DNA from: a virus
Lineage: Duplodnaviria; Caudoviricetes
Virus record (IMG/VR): IMGVR_UViG_3300046643_000107
Location: 1-38,669 of that record
Reading direction: 5' to 3' (one strand)
DNA: 38,669 nucleotides
The first letter of the stretch is position 1. Each line of letters opens with the position of its first letter. The position numbers were made by a program, and so were the translations under genes. Below, one piece after another: positions 9,181 to 17,951 of this stretch. Below the pieces are notes generated by a model that saw only the letters and a program-made list of their open reading frames with translations, made no database searches and was not told the DNA's origin.

Positions 9181-9897
9181 TTACTTGCGAGCCGCCGCCA
9201 TTGTTTCTTTCCAAAGCGCATTACGCTGATCTTTAGTCATCGTTGAATTAGACATTTGGGCCGCTGTTGTTACTGCCGCAGAGCGAACTCCTAGGCTTCC
9301 AATCTGTGGCTTATTTTCCTTTTCATCAACACGCTTTTGCTCTTGGGAGATAGATGTAGGTTTTTTCTTAGCAGCAAGATCGTTTTGATAACGAGCGTCT
9401 TTCTTGATAAGATTGTACACCTTTCTCAAAGGGTTTGAAGCCTTCTCAACCGACTCGCGATTGTCTTCGTCACTTTTGATATATTTTTCAATATTTTCAG
9501 CTGTAACGACCTCGGCAAAGTCAGGGAATTCAAGCTTGGTTTCAAGAGCTTTTAGATAGGTTTCTTTTTCAACCAGTTTTTGCTCATAGCCCGACATTTT
9601 TTTATTCATCGTGCTAAATGCTTTAACAAGCTTCTTTCCGTCTGGGAAATCTTCCTGCTCTAGCTGTCTGAAATCGTAATCTTCATCTTGTGTCTGTTTA
9701 GGCGCCTGTTGCAACTGTTGTTGCTGCAACTGCTTCTCCATCCAGACTTTCTCTTGCTGTGCTTGCCATACCTGACGCTCCAGGTCTTCTTTGGCTTTTC
9801 GAAGCTCTGCAAAACTTTCTTGCGGAGTCTTCTTTTCATGGGTATCTACAGCCTGATTAGCGATTTCAGGAATTGCGCTTAATTCTGTGTTTTCCAT
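9181..9897 (-). CDS. Capsid scaffolding protein
   Basis: Charged coiled-coil protein immediately upstream of the capsid gene, with a short C-terminal helix. Confidence 0.7.
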   Translation of the reverse strand: MENTELSAIPEIANQAVDTHEKKTPQESFAELRKAKEDLERQVWQAQQEKVWMEKQLQQQQLQQAPKQTQDEDYDFRQLEQEDFPDGKKLVKAFSTMNKKMSGYEQKLVEKETYLKALETKLEFPDFAEVVTAENIEKYIKSDEDNRESVEKASNPLRKVYNLIKKDARYQNDLAAKKKPTSISQEQKRVDEKENKPQIGSLGVRSAAVTTAAQMSNSTMTKDQRNALWKETMAAARK

Positions 9898-10018
9898 GTT
9901 TTCCTTTGAGATTGGCGAAATCTCGGTTGCGCCGTATTATGCAACATGTTACTGTCGCGTGCTTTGTTATATATATAAATATATAATTAGGTTCAACATT
10001 AAATTTTTAAGGATAGAT

Positions 10019-10207
10019 ATGAGCAATGAAAATCATGCAATGAGTTACATGATGGCTGCTGAAAAAATGATAAACTTAATATTTACGATTGAAAATACAC
10101 TGATATTCATGCAGGAATATGAAATTAAACCTGATGATGAAGTAAAGAAAGCCCTGAAACCTCTTTTGATTAATCTCGAGAATTGGCTAGAGCCAAAATC
10201 TAAATAA
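10019..10207 (+). CDS. Small hypothetical protein (counter-oriented moron)
   Basis: AGGA RBS before ATG 10019 (MSNENHAMSY...); more likely start than 9887. Confidence 0.55.
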   Translation: MSNENHAMSYMMAAEKMINLIFTIENTLIFMQEYEIKPDDEVKKALKPLLINLENWLEPKSK

Positions 10208-10697
10208 CCTTATCTCCAACCATATAATCTGAAATATTCTCTAGCTTGTCTAGAGCGTATTTACGAAGCATTCTAACATAATTTACATCGAATTCTTGCG
10301 GGTTCTTAAGGATATATGACAAGTTCTCTTTATTTGGAATACACCATTCAAAATTAACTTTATTCATATTTGTTACAGACCATAAATAGTGATCTTGGTC
10401 CTGGTATGGAGAGGGCCTAGTCACTCGACAATGAGGCTTCCTAATTCTTATCATGTTTGGGGCGCCAAATAGATTTGATGCTGCTAGATCTTTTGTAATC
10501 ATGATATGAATATAATATTTAGGAAGTGAAAAGCCCTTTTCTTGGCATTTTTCATATTGCTTTTGCACACAATCTTCAATAATTTTTTCTAATTGGTCCA
10601 TTAGAGGCTCAACGGTTTCACCAACTTCTTGATAGCCAGTTTGACGCGATGCCTCTAATCCTAATTCTTGAAAGGTTTTGATATTATTTTGGACCAC
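10200..10697 (-). CDS. Hypothetical protein
   Basis: 165-aa ORF in the late operon upstream of the scaffold gene. Confidence 0.65.
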   Translation of the reverse strand: MVQNNIKTFQELGLEASRQTGYQEVGETVEPLMDQLEKIIEDCVQKQYEKCQEKGFSLPKYYIHIMITKDLAASNLFGAPNMIRIRKPHCRVTRPSPYQDQDHYLWSVTNMNKVNFEWCIPNKENLSYILKNPQEFDVNYVRMLRKYALDKLENISDYMVGDKVI

Positions 10698-10735
10698 GTG
10701 AAAACCTCATTGTTTGTCCATCATTGGTTGGCAAT

Positions 10736-11092
10736 CTAGTAAAAATAAGACCTAGCTCTAAGTCTTCCAAATACTTTTGGGCGACGTCTATTAGCTTCTC
10801 TAAAGAAATAGAAGGATTTTTTGAGTTTGTTTCCTGTCTTTTCTTCAAATTCTTTTTCTTTTGCCTTAATCCGCTCATAGATATCCAAAAACTTATACTG
10901 TAATTTTGTTATTTTTTCTTCCCATCCGTTATGCCCCACACATTTGGGGATCAATTCTTCAGATATATATTTATATATTCTATGAAGTGTTTCACTATCA
11001 TCGTAAAGTTTTGGACAAGACATTGCTAATAATGACGAATTAAATGCCTGAATAATTTCAGGAGGTAAACTATAGATGGTTGTCATGGGCAT
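10736..11092 (-). CDS. Small protein with capsid N-arm-like N-terminus (copy A)
   Basis: TTIYSLPPEIIQAFNSSLLAMSCPKL aligns without gaps to capsid TTTSILPPAVQQQLSMKLLARPMPDL (11/26 identical); start coupled to the upstream stop (TAATG). Confidence 0.6.
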   Translation of the reverse strand: MPMTTIYSLPPEIIQAFNSSLLAMSCPKLYDDSETLHRIYKYISEELIPKCVGHNGWEEKITKLQYKFLDIYERIKAKEKEFEEKTGNKLKKSFYFFREANRRRPKVFGRLRARSYFY

Positions 11093-11229
11093 TATCTAAC
11101 CAACTTTGCACCACCCATATATAATCCGCGATTGCTATGTGATGATCCCTGTTGAGGTTTGGCTACGTATCCTGATTGCATTTTATGAAGATTTGGTAAT
11201 CCTTTGATCTTTGGAGGTATCATTGTCAT
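11092..11229 (-). CDS. Small basic protein (45 aa)
   Basis: Hand-translated MTMIPPKIKGLPNLHKMQSGYVAKPQQGSSHSNRGLYMGGAKLVR; AAGGA RBS. Confidence 0.55.
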   Translation of the reverse strand: MTMIPPKIKGLPNLHKMQSGYVAKPQQGSSHSNRGLYMGGAKLVR

Positions 11230-11362
11230 TTTTACATTCCTTACAAATATATTTAATGCCATTTTCAGTCATTACAGGTATTTTTTTATGAAGAAGGAGG
11301 CATTTCCCCCATTTCAATACATCATCTGGCAAAGGCGAAGTTGTGGTTAAATTATCCGCCAT
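11183..11362 (-). CDS. Small protein with capsid N-arm-like N-terminus (copy B, 59 aa)
   Basis: Hand-translated MADNLTTTSPLPDDVLKWGNASFFIKKIPVMTENGIKYICKECKNDNDTSKDQRITKSS; just below the track length cutoff. Confidence 0.5.
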   Translation of the reverse strand: MADNLTTTSPLPDDVLKWGKCLLLHKKIPVMTENGIKYICKECKNDNDTSKDQRITKSS

Positions 11363-11603
11363 GTTCTTTCATATGCTTATGGGCTTCTGATAAATCTTTT
11401 TTAGAATGTTTTTTACTAACAGGACGGCTTCTTTTAGACATATTGATATCATGAGTAGAAGTGCCATGTTTTTCTTTATGCTCTTTCAATCGAGCTCTAG
11501 ATTCTGATTTAGGTATTATCTTGCCTTCAGAAATACGGTGTGCCTTTTGCATGGCCATCATTTTTTTTTGCTTTTCTCTAACAGGTTTTGGAGTTGCGGC
11601 CAT
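11352..11603 (-). CDS. Small Lys/His-rich basic protein
   Basis: 83 aa, highly basic; AAAGG RBS. Confidence 0.6.
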   Translation of the reverse strand: MAATPKPVREKQKKMMAMQKAHRISEGKIIPKSESRARLKEHKEKHGTSTHDINMSKRSRPVSKKHSKKDLSEAHKHMKEHGG

Positions 11604-11605
11604 AT

Positions 11606-11761
11606 TTAACCTTTCATCCCTTGTTTATTAAACGATTTATCAATCGGCAATGGTGGTTTACCTGTATTCTTTACACGATCCACTTCATGAATCAATGCTT
11701 GAGACTTAGGAACCGATGGTTTCTTAGCCTCTGGCACAATCTTAATTCTAGTTACTGACAT
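11606..11761 (-). CDS. Small basic protein (51 aa)
   Basis: Hand-translated MSVTRIKIVPEAKKPSVPKSQALIHEVDRVKNTGKPPLPIDKSFNKQGMKG; AAGGA RBS. Confidence 0.6.
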   Translation of the reverse strand: MSVTRIKIVPEAKKPSVPKSQALIHEVDRVKNTGKPPLPIDKSFNKQGMKG

Positions 11762-11835
11762 ATTATTTCCTTTTTAAAGGGGGTTACGCTTTTTAAACGC
11801 ACCCCGTACCTTTTGTACTCATGGCACATAGGTAA

Positions 11836-12045
11836 TTATTTATTTTTCATTTTTTCGCGAGTATATGGCATTTTAGCTAAAGCAGATGAGTCTTTCGAAT
11901 CGATCTTCTTTCTTACTTGCTCATATGAGTTAGATGCCCCAGCTGGTGGCTTTGGATCTACGTTCTCTTTGATTTTGATGAAGTCAGTACCTGTGTTGCC
12001 CATTCTATGGCCACCTTCAGATGTATTTTTATGGCTGTGTCCCAT
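11836..12045 (-). CDS. Small basic protein
   Basis: 69 aa with a GAGGT RBS; overlaps the end of the portal gene. Confidence 0.6.
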   Translation of the reverse strand: MGHSHKNTSEGGHRMGNTGTDFIKIKENVDPKPPAGASNSYEQVRKKIDSKDSSALAKMPYTREKMKNK

Positions 12046-14077
12046 TGGAAACCTCTTGTTGTTGAATTAAATTTTCATCTTGTCGTTTTTGTATACTTTC
12101 AATCAAGTTAAAAACTTTTACAAAGTCTTCAACATGCATTGATTCGACTTCTTTAGCCGCTTTGACTCTGTCTAGCATTGTAGCAGCTTTCTGGTGCTCA
12201 GATTCATTGTATTTAGTCATTACTGAGATCTGTTCCAATCGCCCTTTAGCTTCTCTTTCTGCCGCTAAACTTCGGTCCGACATAGCTTTAGATTGTAGTG
12301 ATTCATTAACAATCTGCTGGTTTTCCATTTGGAGTTTGGCCATTTGTTCTTGCTGCTGCGATTGTTGCTCTTGTTGAGCCTTGATGGCTTCCATGAGCTT
12401 ATCTTTATCTTGGATGTCCAAATCAGAAAGCACTTGATCTGGAGGTATTGGGAATCCATCTTTCCATAAGAAGTATTTCTGTCTAAATGCAAGCTCTCTT
12501 GTAGTATCTGTAAGAGGAGCATTCTTAACTACCGCATCATATTTCTGAAAAGATTTGTCTCTAAATTCATTTGTAGGGTCTTCTTCAATCATTCTTCGCA
12601 CTTTGCCAAGAGTATAATTCTTCTGAATAAGTGCCCAGTGTAGACGACCCGCATTCCTTTGCGAAAGGTCGAGATTGTCGAATAGTTCCTGAAGTGTAGT
12701 GAGGGCGGCTCCTTGACGAAGCTGCTCGGTAATTCCCACATCGCTATCTTCCGCTTGGCCCAATAATTCTGGTGTGACTCCTGCATTTGATTGAATGTCC
12801 TCTTTTAAGAATTGTGTGACATTAAAATTTGCAGGATTAATATTTGCGCCTGGCTTATCTACTAGAGACTGTAGACGTCCTTTCTTAAAGAATCTTACTT
12901 TCCCTGGTCCCACTTTGAAAGCATCTTGATCATCAATGAGAGAGTCTTCTTCGACATCCACACCACTAAATTGGGCAGCCAAAAGATCCATTTCCAGTTG
13001 TTTTCTGTAATTATATAGATATTGCGGGTCTCGAATGTTGCGTATAATTCCTTGATAACGAAAAGAATAATTATTGTTGGCAAGATCATGATAGCCAACA
13101 AAAGGAGTAAAGGGATAGAAATCGATACCCAAAGGATTAGGTCCATCATAAAAGCAAGTGTTGTTAACAATGATTGCAAGGTGCACCGTGGGCACTTTTT
13201 CTTTAACTACTACTATATTTGGAAATTGCGCTTTAAGTGCGGCCATTTCTTCTTTGTTAAAATCTACCTCTGTTGATTCATAAGTATCAGGATCAACAAT
13301 GAAAGTAGCCATACGCTCACACAAATACCAATACTCATCATAAGCAAGAAATCCTTTGCGCCGTATGTTATACTGTTGTGGCATGAACGTAAACTTTGTA
13401 TCGAAATATGCCTGATCATTAAGAAGATCAATTTCATGTTCCCTACCAGGAAGCATTTGTTTTACTTGCTCTTTGTGCAGATATTTACGAGTGCGTATAA
13501 ATTGACAGTCAGATAGATCCATTTCGCGCCAAAATGCATCCATCATGACCATGTCTGCACTGAAACATTCAGTCTTCAGATCTCCGCAGATTGGATCTCT
13601 TCTATAATCTATCCACGAATGCATTAGAGAAAGACCGGTAATCCCTGCCGCTTCTTTAAAGCAATTGCTTATTGTGTTATACGTGTCGTCATTTGAATAT
13701 GCAGATTGGATAACTTTGGTGGCTTGGCTTGCTGTTCTACTATTCGAACCGTGCACAGGCACCATCTGTGTGCCTTTTCTGTGCTGTCTCTGTCTACCAC
13801 ACACCATGTTAACCACGGGCATGGAAACGTTGAAAATGTATTTTTGATGCTCATAGGATAGACCTGAATATAGATTTAGATATCTTTGGTCTCCTAGATA
13901 TACCTTACGATCTATCATTTGCTCCCAAAAAAACAATTGCCATGCAGATAGATTTGCCTGATACCTGTCATCGGCTTCTGCGACAACATCTCTACGCCCA
14001 TCCTGATAAAATCTCTGATATACATTAGGTACAACTTGAGAGCGCTCTAAAGCACCAGAAGCAAATGACATAATCAA
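12029..14077 (-). CDS. Portal protein (P22-like); start may be 14071
   Basis: ~680 aa; YLGDQ, FNVSMPVVNMVCGRQR, YPFTPF, GIIRNIRDPQYLYN, AGVTPELLG and a Q-rich C-terminal coil; downstream of the terminase. Confidence 0.88.
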   Translation of the reverse strand: MIMSFASGALERSQVVPNVYQRFYQDGRRDVVAEADDRYQANLSAWQLFFWEQMIDRKVYLGDQRYLNLYSGLSYEHQKYIFNVSMPVVNMVCGRQRQHRKGTQMVPVHGSNSRTASQATKVIQSAYSNDDTYNTISNCFKEAAGITGLSLMHSWIDYRRDPICGDLKTECFSADMVMMDAFWREMDLSDCQFIRTRKYLHKEQVKQMLPGREHEIDLLNDQAYFDTKFTFMPQQYNIRRKGFLAYDEYWYLCERMATFIVDPDTYESTEVDFNKEEMAALKAQFPNIVVVKEKVPTVHLAIIVNNTCFYDGPNPLGIDFYPFTPFVGYHDLANNNYSFRYQGIIRNIRDPQYLYNYRKQLEMDLLAAQFSGVDVEEDSLIDDQDAFKVGPGKVRFFKKGRLQSLVDKPGANINPANFNVTQFLKEDIQSNAGVTPELLGQAEDSDVGITEQLRQGAALTTLQELFDNLDLSQRNAGRLHWALIQKNYTLGKVRRMIEEDPTNEFRDKSFQKYDAVVKNAPLTDTTRELAFRQKYFLWKDGFPIPPDQVLSDLDIQDKDKLMEAIKAQQEQQSQQQEQMAKLQMENQQIVNESLQSKAMSDRSLAAEREAKGRLEQISVMTKYNESEHQKAATMLDRVKAAKEVESMHVEDFVKVFNLIESIQKRQDENLIQQQEVSNGTQP

Positions 14078-14117
14078 TCCTTGTAAAATACCTCTTATAT
14101 ACCATTAAATATTTATA

Positions 14118-14462
14118 TTACAACGTATCGTTGTCAGTCTTTTTTTCATTATTCATTCGTCTTTCATATTCTTCTATTTCCAGAGTGCCAATTTTAATCC
14201 CGCAGGTCCCTTTTTCAGGATAAAACATAAACTGTGCCTCTGTGAATGCGTGAGAATCTTTGTATAAATTCATGAATCCCTCCAATGTTTTGTTTGCCAC
14301 TTGAAGCATTTCGTTAAGAGATTTATCTTCGCACACAAATGTAAAGGGAGACCAGCCATCAAAATTAATAGTATAAAATTTAGTGGGCATCCAGTGATAA
14401 GGAATGATCTTACATTGAGATAAATGTAGATTTATTTCTGAGTTCAAATAATTATATATCAT
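14118..14462 (-). CDS. Hypothetical protein between terminase and portal
   Basis: 114 aa; ATGA overlap with the terminase stop. Confidence 0.55.
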   Translation of the reverse strand: MIYNYLNSEINLHLSQCKIIPYHWMPTKFYTINFDGWSPFTFVCEDKSLNEMLQVANKTLEGFMNLYKDSHAFTEAQFMFYPEKGTCGIKIGTLEIEEYERRMNNEKKTDNDTL

Positions 14463-15832
14463 ATCTGTCTTCCCGTGAAAGGATTTGCATTCATAACTTG
14501 TTGTCTTAATGGAATTGGCTTTGATCCAAATCCTGCTGTATTCTTTAGCTCCTGAAGTTTTTGCTTACTCATGGACCCAGGGCCGCGCCCAAACTGAATT
14601 CGGGCGTTAGCGAGGTATCTGAAGCTGTCAGAGGCATGTGATGACCAATCATGTACAGGACTTTCACTATAGCATTCTGTCTTATCATTATATTTCTTAT
14701 GATAGTTCTCTAAACATTTGATGAGATATCCACATTTGTCTTCATCGATATATGCGATATTAAGAACGCTTCTGACTGATTCGATTCCGATATGGATATC
14801 TGTCTCCCTTTCCAAAATCGTCGTTTTGAGTCCTTGCTCATTTGCCACATCTTGCAATGTGCGGCCTGTTTGTATGGATCCAGATCCTGCATCGTGTGGC
14901 ATATAATGAGTCCCATATACATAGGGCTTAGACTGCAGCATTTTAGCATAGTGGGCTATCCCTTCCCCTTGGTTTTCATAGAAATCAACGATTCGTAGCT
15001 CTCCACCAATTTCCTGCCAAAATACGATACTGGTACTATCTCCATAACCAATATCCCACGCTGTATGGACTGGTGATCGTGGCTCATAGGGAACTTTGCA
15101 TATTCTGTTTTCATTTCGCGCTTTCTCAATAAGTCTTCCATAGTATGATCCCTCTACTCCTCGAGAGAATGAACAGCGATACTCTTGCTGTATCATCTCT
15201 TCACTCATTCCTTCTCTACGCTCATCATCCAGATCCTTGTCTGTAAGAACCCCTGTATCATCTATGGTGAGCAATTCACAAAACCAATCGGTATTTGTCT
15301 TAGCCATATTAAAGAGATCATAGAAATGATTCTTTCCCCTGGGAGTACTAATAAAAATGGCAATACCCCCATTGACCTTCAAAATAGGTCTCAGGTAATC
15401 CCATGCTTGCGGGCTTTGAATGGCATATTCGCTAAATATCAATATCCTAGGGTTAGTACCAACCAGATTATCAATGTTGTCTGAACCAATTAATTGATAT
15501 AGAGAACCATTTGCAAGACGTATTTTCATATCTTGAGAGGTCTGTGAAACAATTGCCTCTTTGGGAAAGTAATCTAAAATACGCAATCCGTCATTGTTAT
15601 TAGATTCCCAAATAACCTTTTTAGCCTGGTTATAAGTAGGTAATATGTGAAACGCCGTCCATCCTGGATTCATCAGCAATTGCAAAATGCACCAGTTTAA
15701 TATAGTTACATCTTTCCCGCCGCGCCTATGAACTACCCACACAGCTCTTTTTACACCGCTATTAAGCGCTCTGATTATTGGAATCTGGTAGTTTCTTGGC
15801 TGAAACTTCAAGTCCACTTGCAAGCCCACCAT
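14459..15832 (-). CDS. terL: Terminase large subunit
   Basis: PRNYQ, Walker A VHRRGGKD, Walker B variant IFSE, ISTPRGKNHFY, nuclease WDIGYGD and HDWSSHASDSFRY. Confidence 0.95.
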   Translation of the reverse strand: MVGLQVDLKFQPRNYQIPIIRALNSGVKRAVWVVHRRGGKDVTILNWCILQLLMNPGWTAFHILPTYNQAKKVIWESNNNDGLRILDYFPKEAIVSQTSQDMKIRLANGSLYQLIGSDNIDNLVGTNPRILIFSEYAIQSPQAWDYLRPILKVNGGIAIFISTPRGKNHFYDLFNMAKTNTDWFCELLTIDDTGVLTDKDLDDERREGMSEEMIQQEYRCSFSRGVEGSYYGRLIEKARNENRICKVPYEPRSPVHTAWDIGYGDSTSIVFWQEIGGELRIVDFYENQGEGIAHYAKMLQSKPYVYGTHYMPHDAGSGSIQTGRTLQDVANEQGLKTTILERETDIHIGIESVRSVLNIAYIDEDKCGYLIKCLENYHKKYNDKTECYSESPVHDWSSHASDSFRYLANARIQFGRGPGSMSKQKLQELKNTAGFGSKPIPLRQQVMNANPFTGRQI

Positions 15833-16190
15833 TTACATTCACCGTTATTTGAGTTGGTCTATCATCTTCCTGCATATCCCTTTGGCCTAGCCATTGTTTC
15901 CCTAGCCAAATAGCTAAAGATGCGTTCGTTTTTGATAAAACGAATTGATTTCTTCTTAGAGAACATTTTCCACTCTCACAGAACTTTTTATATATGTTGG
16001 AATATTCGTCACCATACTTCGCCGCAGCCCGGTCTCGAAGTGTATCTATATGAACCTTCATCATGCTTGCAATTTCAGACTGCGTGCATTGGATAGCACA
16101 TAATTGTTCGAATAGAGTCCAGTCTATTTCTTTTTCAGGCCTACCTGTTGGCTTGCCTGTTGGTTTACGCGCCATTAAATTGTTCTCCAT
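15762..16190 (-). CDS. terS: Terminase small subunit (HTH)
   Basis: TGRP...CTQSEIASMMKV HTH and AIWLGKQWLGQRD motif; directly upstream of terL. Confidence 0.8.
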   Translation of the reverse strand: MENNLMARKPTGKPTGRPEKEIDWTLFEQLCAIQCTQSEIASMMKVHIDTLRDRAAAKYGDEYSNIYKKFCESGKCSLRRNQFVLSKTNASLAIWLGKQWLGQRDMQEDDRPTQITVNVNGGLASGLEVSAKKLPDSNNQSA

Positions 16191-17403
16191 TTTTCTTTAT
16201 AGTATAAGGCTTATTGTTCTTTTCCATCCAATTGCGCCATCTATTAACAATAATATCGCAGTAACCAGGAGACAGCTCTATTCCATAACAAATGCGTCCT
16301 AACTGTTCTGCTGCAATAAGAGTAGTGCCAGAACCTAAGAATGGATCATAAACGCCCTCACCTTTGGCGCTGTTATTTCTAATTGGTTTTGCCATACATT
16401 CAATTGGTTTCTGTGTGCTATGAGCTGTGCGCTCTTCGCCGTCTTCTTTAGATTTACCAAAGCAATTAAGATTAGATATTTCCCATATGGTGGCTTCTTT
16501 ACGTGATCCCTGCCAATTATGGGAATGCCCTTTCTTTATGGCATACCAGCAAGGCTCATGTTGCCAATGGTAATCGCCTCTAGATAATGCAAATTGCTGT
16601 TTTACCCATATAATTTGGCTAATTATTTCGTATTCGCTATCCGTTAAGCTTTTCTCCACTTCTGCACAATACTTTCCTGCATGCCACACATAAGCAACAG
16701 AACCAGGGAACAAATGCCAAGCTAAAGCCCAATTTACTTGTCCATCGTTTTGTACTTTACCTTTAGCTTTACATCCTTTTCCAGCTTCAGCTCTCCATGA
16801 AGGATCATACTCCACGCCATAAGGAGGGTCCGTGACCATTAATATTGGTTCAGCTCCATCTAGCACCTTTTCTACATATTCAGGTAATGTGCTATCCCCA
16901 CAAATGATCCTATGCCGATTAAGTTCATAAACATCTCCTAGCTTTGTAATTGCATCTTCATCTTTTGTGGGCTCTAATGTTTCACTATCTTCTTCAGTTG
17001 ATCCGAGGTCTTCAATCTCACCTAATAGATCTTCAGCATTAAATCCAGCATCTAAAAGCGTCTCTATAGGCCATTCATTAGCCAATATGTCATAATCCCA
17101 TTCACCTGAATGCAAATTGTCTTTGAGAATTCTACTCTTGATTATTTCATCTGATAAATTCTCTTCTACAATACAAGGAACTTCTTTCCATCCTAGTTTC
17201 TTGGCAGCTCTTATACGCTGATTACCTGCATATACATTTAGATCTTCACCTATCTTGTGAATTAGTATAGGCCGGTTATCTAAGAATCCAGGATCTTTTT
17301 CTAAGCTGTTACATAATTCTTGAAACTTATCCTTGTCGATCTTTCGGGGGTTTTTCTCTAAAAGTTTTATTGTAGATATTTTCAATTTTAATATTTCTGT
17401 CAT
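16165..17403 (-). CDS. ParB/Srx-domain fused DNA amino-methyltransferase (beta class)
   Basis: N-terminal NPR...AGNQRIRAA; catalytic TDPPY; HSTQKP; SAM-binding YDPFLGSGTT. Confidence 0.92.
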   Translation of the reverse strand: MTEILKLKISTIKLLEKNPRKIDKDKFQELCNSLEKDPGFLDNRPILIHKIGEDLNVYAGNQRIRAAKKLGWKEVPCIVEENLSDEIIKSRILKDNLHSGEWDYDILANEWPIETLLDAGFNAEDLLGEIEDLGSTEEDSETLEPTKDEDAITKLGDVYELNRHRIICGDSTLPEYVEKVLDGAEPILMVTDPPYGVEYDPSWRAEAGKGCKAKGKVQNDGQVNWALAWHLFPGSVAYVWHAGKYCAEVEKSLTDSEYEIISQIIWVKQQFALSRGDYHWQHEPCWYAIKKGHSHNWQGSRKEATIWEISNLNCFGKSKEDGEERTAHSTQKPIECMAKPIRNNSAKGEGVYDPFLGSGTTLIAAEQLGRICYGIELSPGYCDIIVNRWRNWMEKNNKPYTIKKNGEQFNGA

Positions 17404-17488
17404 GAAAGTAAAGCTTATTGTTTAGTTTTTTTTAATCTACAAATATCTCATAATCTTCGTTTTTAACAAGCGAAAAACGAGATTATGT

Positions 17489-17692
17489 ATGTTTAATCAA
17501 TCAGTATCAGAACATGAGCTAGAGGAATTCTTGAATGACTATAGCGACATGCGGTTGCAGCTATTCAGATCAGAGGTTAAGTGTGAGTTGTTTTCTCGCG
17601 CTATTAACGAATGCGTGGATGAAGATACTGCGCGTCGAATCTTTTCACGCAAAGTAACTCTCATGTTTCAGCATGACAAGGAGAATGCATAA
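17489..17692 (+). CDS. Hypothetical protein
   Basis: 67 aa; coupled to the next ORF (TAATG). Confidence 0.55.
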   Translation: MFNQSVSEHELEEFLNDYSDMRLQLFRSEVKCELFSRAINECVDEDTARRIFSRKVTLMFQHDKENA

Positions 17693-17886
17693 TGTACGCA
17701 ATCCAATTAGATATGTTTGAGAGTAATGATGAACTCTCAATGATGAAGAGGGAAAATAAGATCTTAAGAGATTCGATGGATAACTTACGCAAGGGCCTAT
17801 TCGCCAGACATAATGCGCTAGATAAACGTTGGATTGATACTAATAAAAGGTTAGAGTTCCTAGAACGGAATTTAAGCAAAGCTTAA
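17692..17886 (+). CDS. Small coiled-coil protein
   Basis: AAGGAG RBS; heptad pattern; QLDMF near the N-terminus. Confidence 0.6.
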   Translation: MYAIQLDMFESNDELSMMKRENKILRDSMDNLRKGLFARHNALDKRWIDTNKRLEFLERNLSKA

Positions 17887-17920
17887 AAACCCTCGTGAAC
17901 CGCATTAGACTCGAAAGGTT

Positions 17921-17951
17921 CTGGCTCAGTCAATGGGATTGAGTCAGTTTT
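17921..17951 (+). terminator. Probable terminator between convergent genes
   Basis: CTGGCTCAGTC-aatgg-GATTGAGTCAG (with G.U pairs) followed by a T-run. Confidence 0.55.

Noticed and set aside
10990-11092. F-box reading of IYSLPPEIIQAF
   Set aside because: The downstream F-box pattern (L...VCK.W) is missing, and the ungapped match to this phage's own capsid N-terminus extends further. Not fully excluded.
9038-11362. Capsid-arm ORFs acting as alternative first exons of the intron
   Set aside because: Neither has an in-frame AUGGGU-like 5' splice site at the equivalent position that could pair with the guide sequence.
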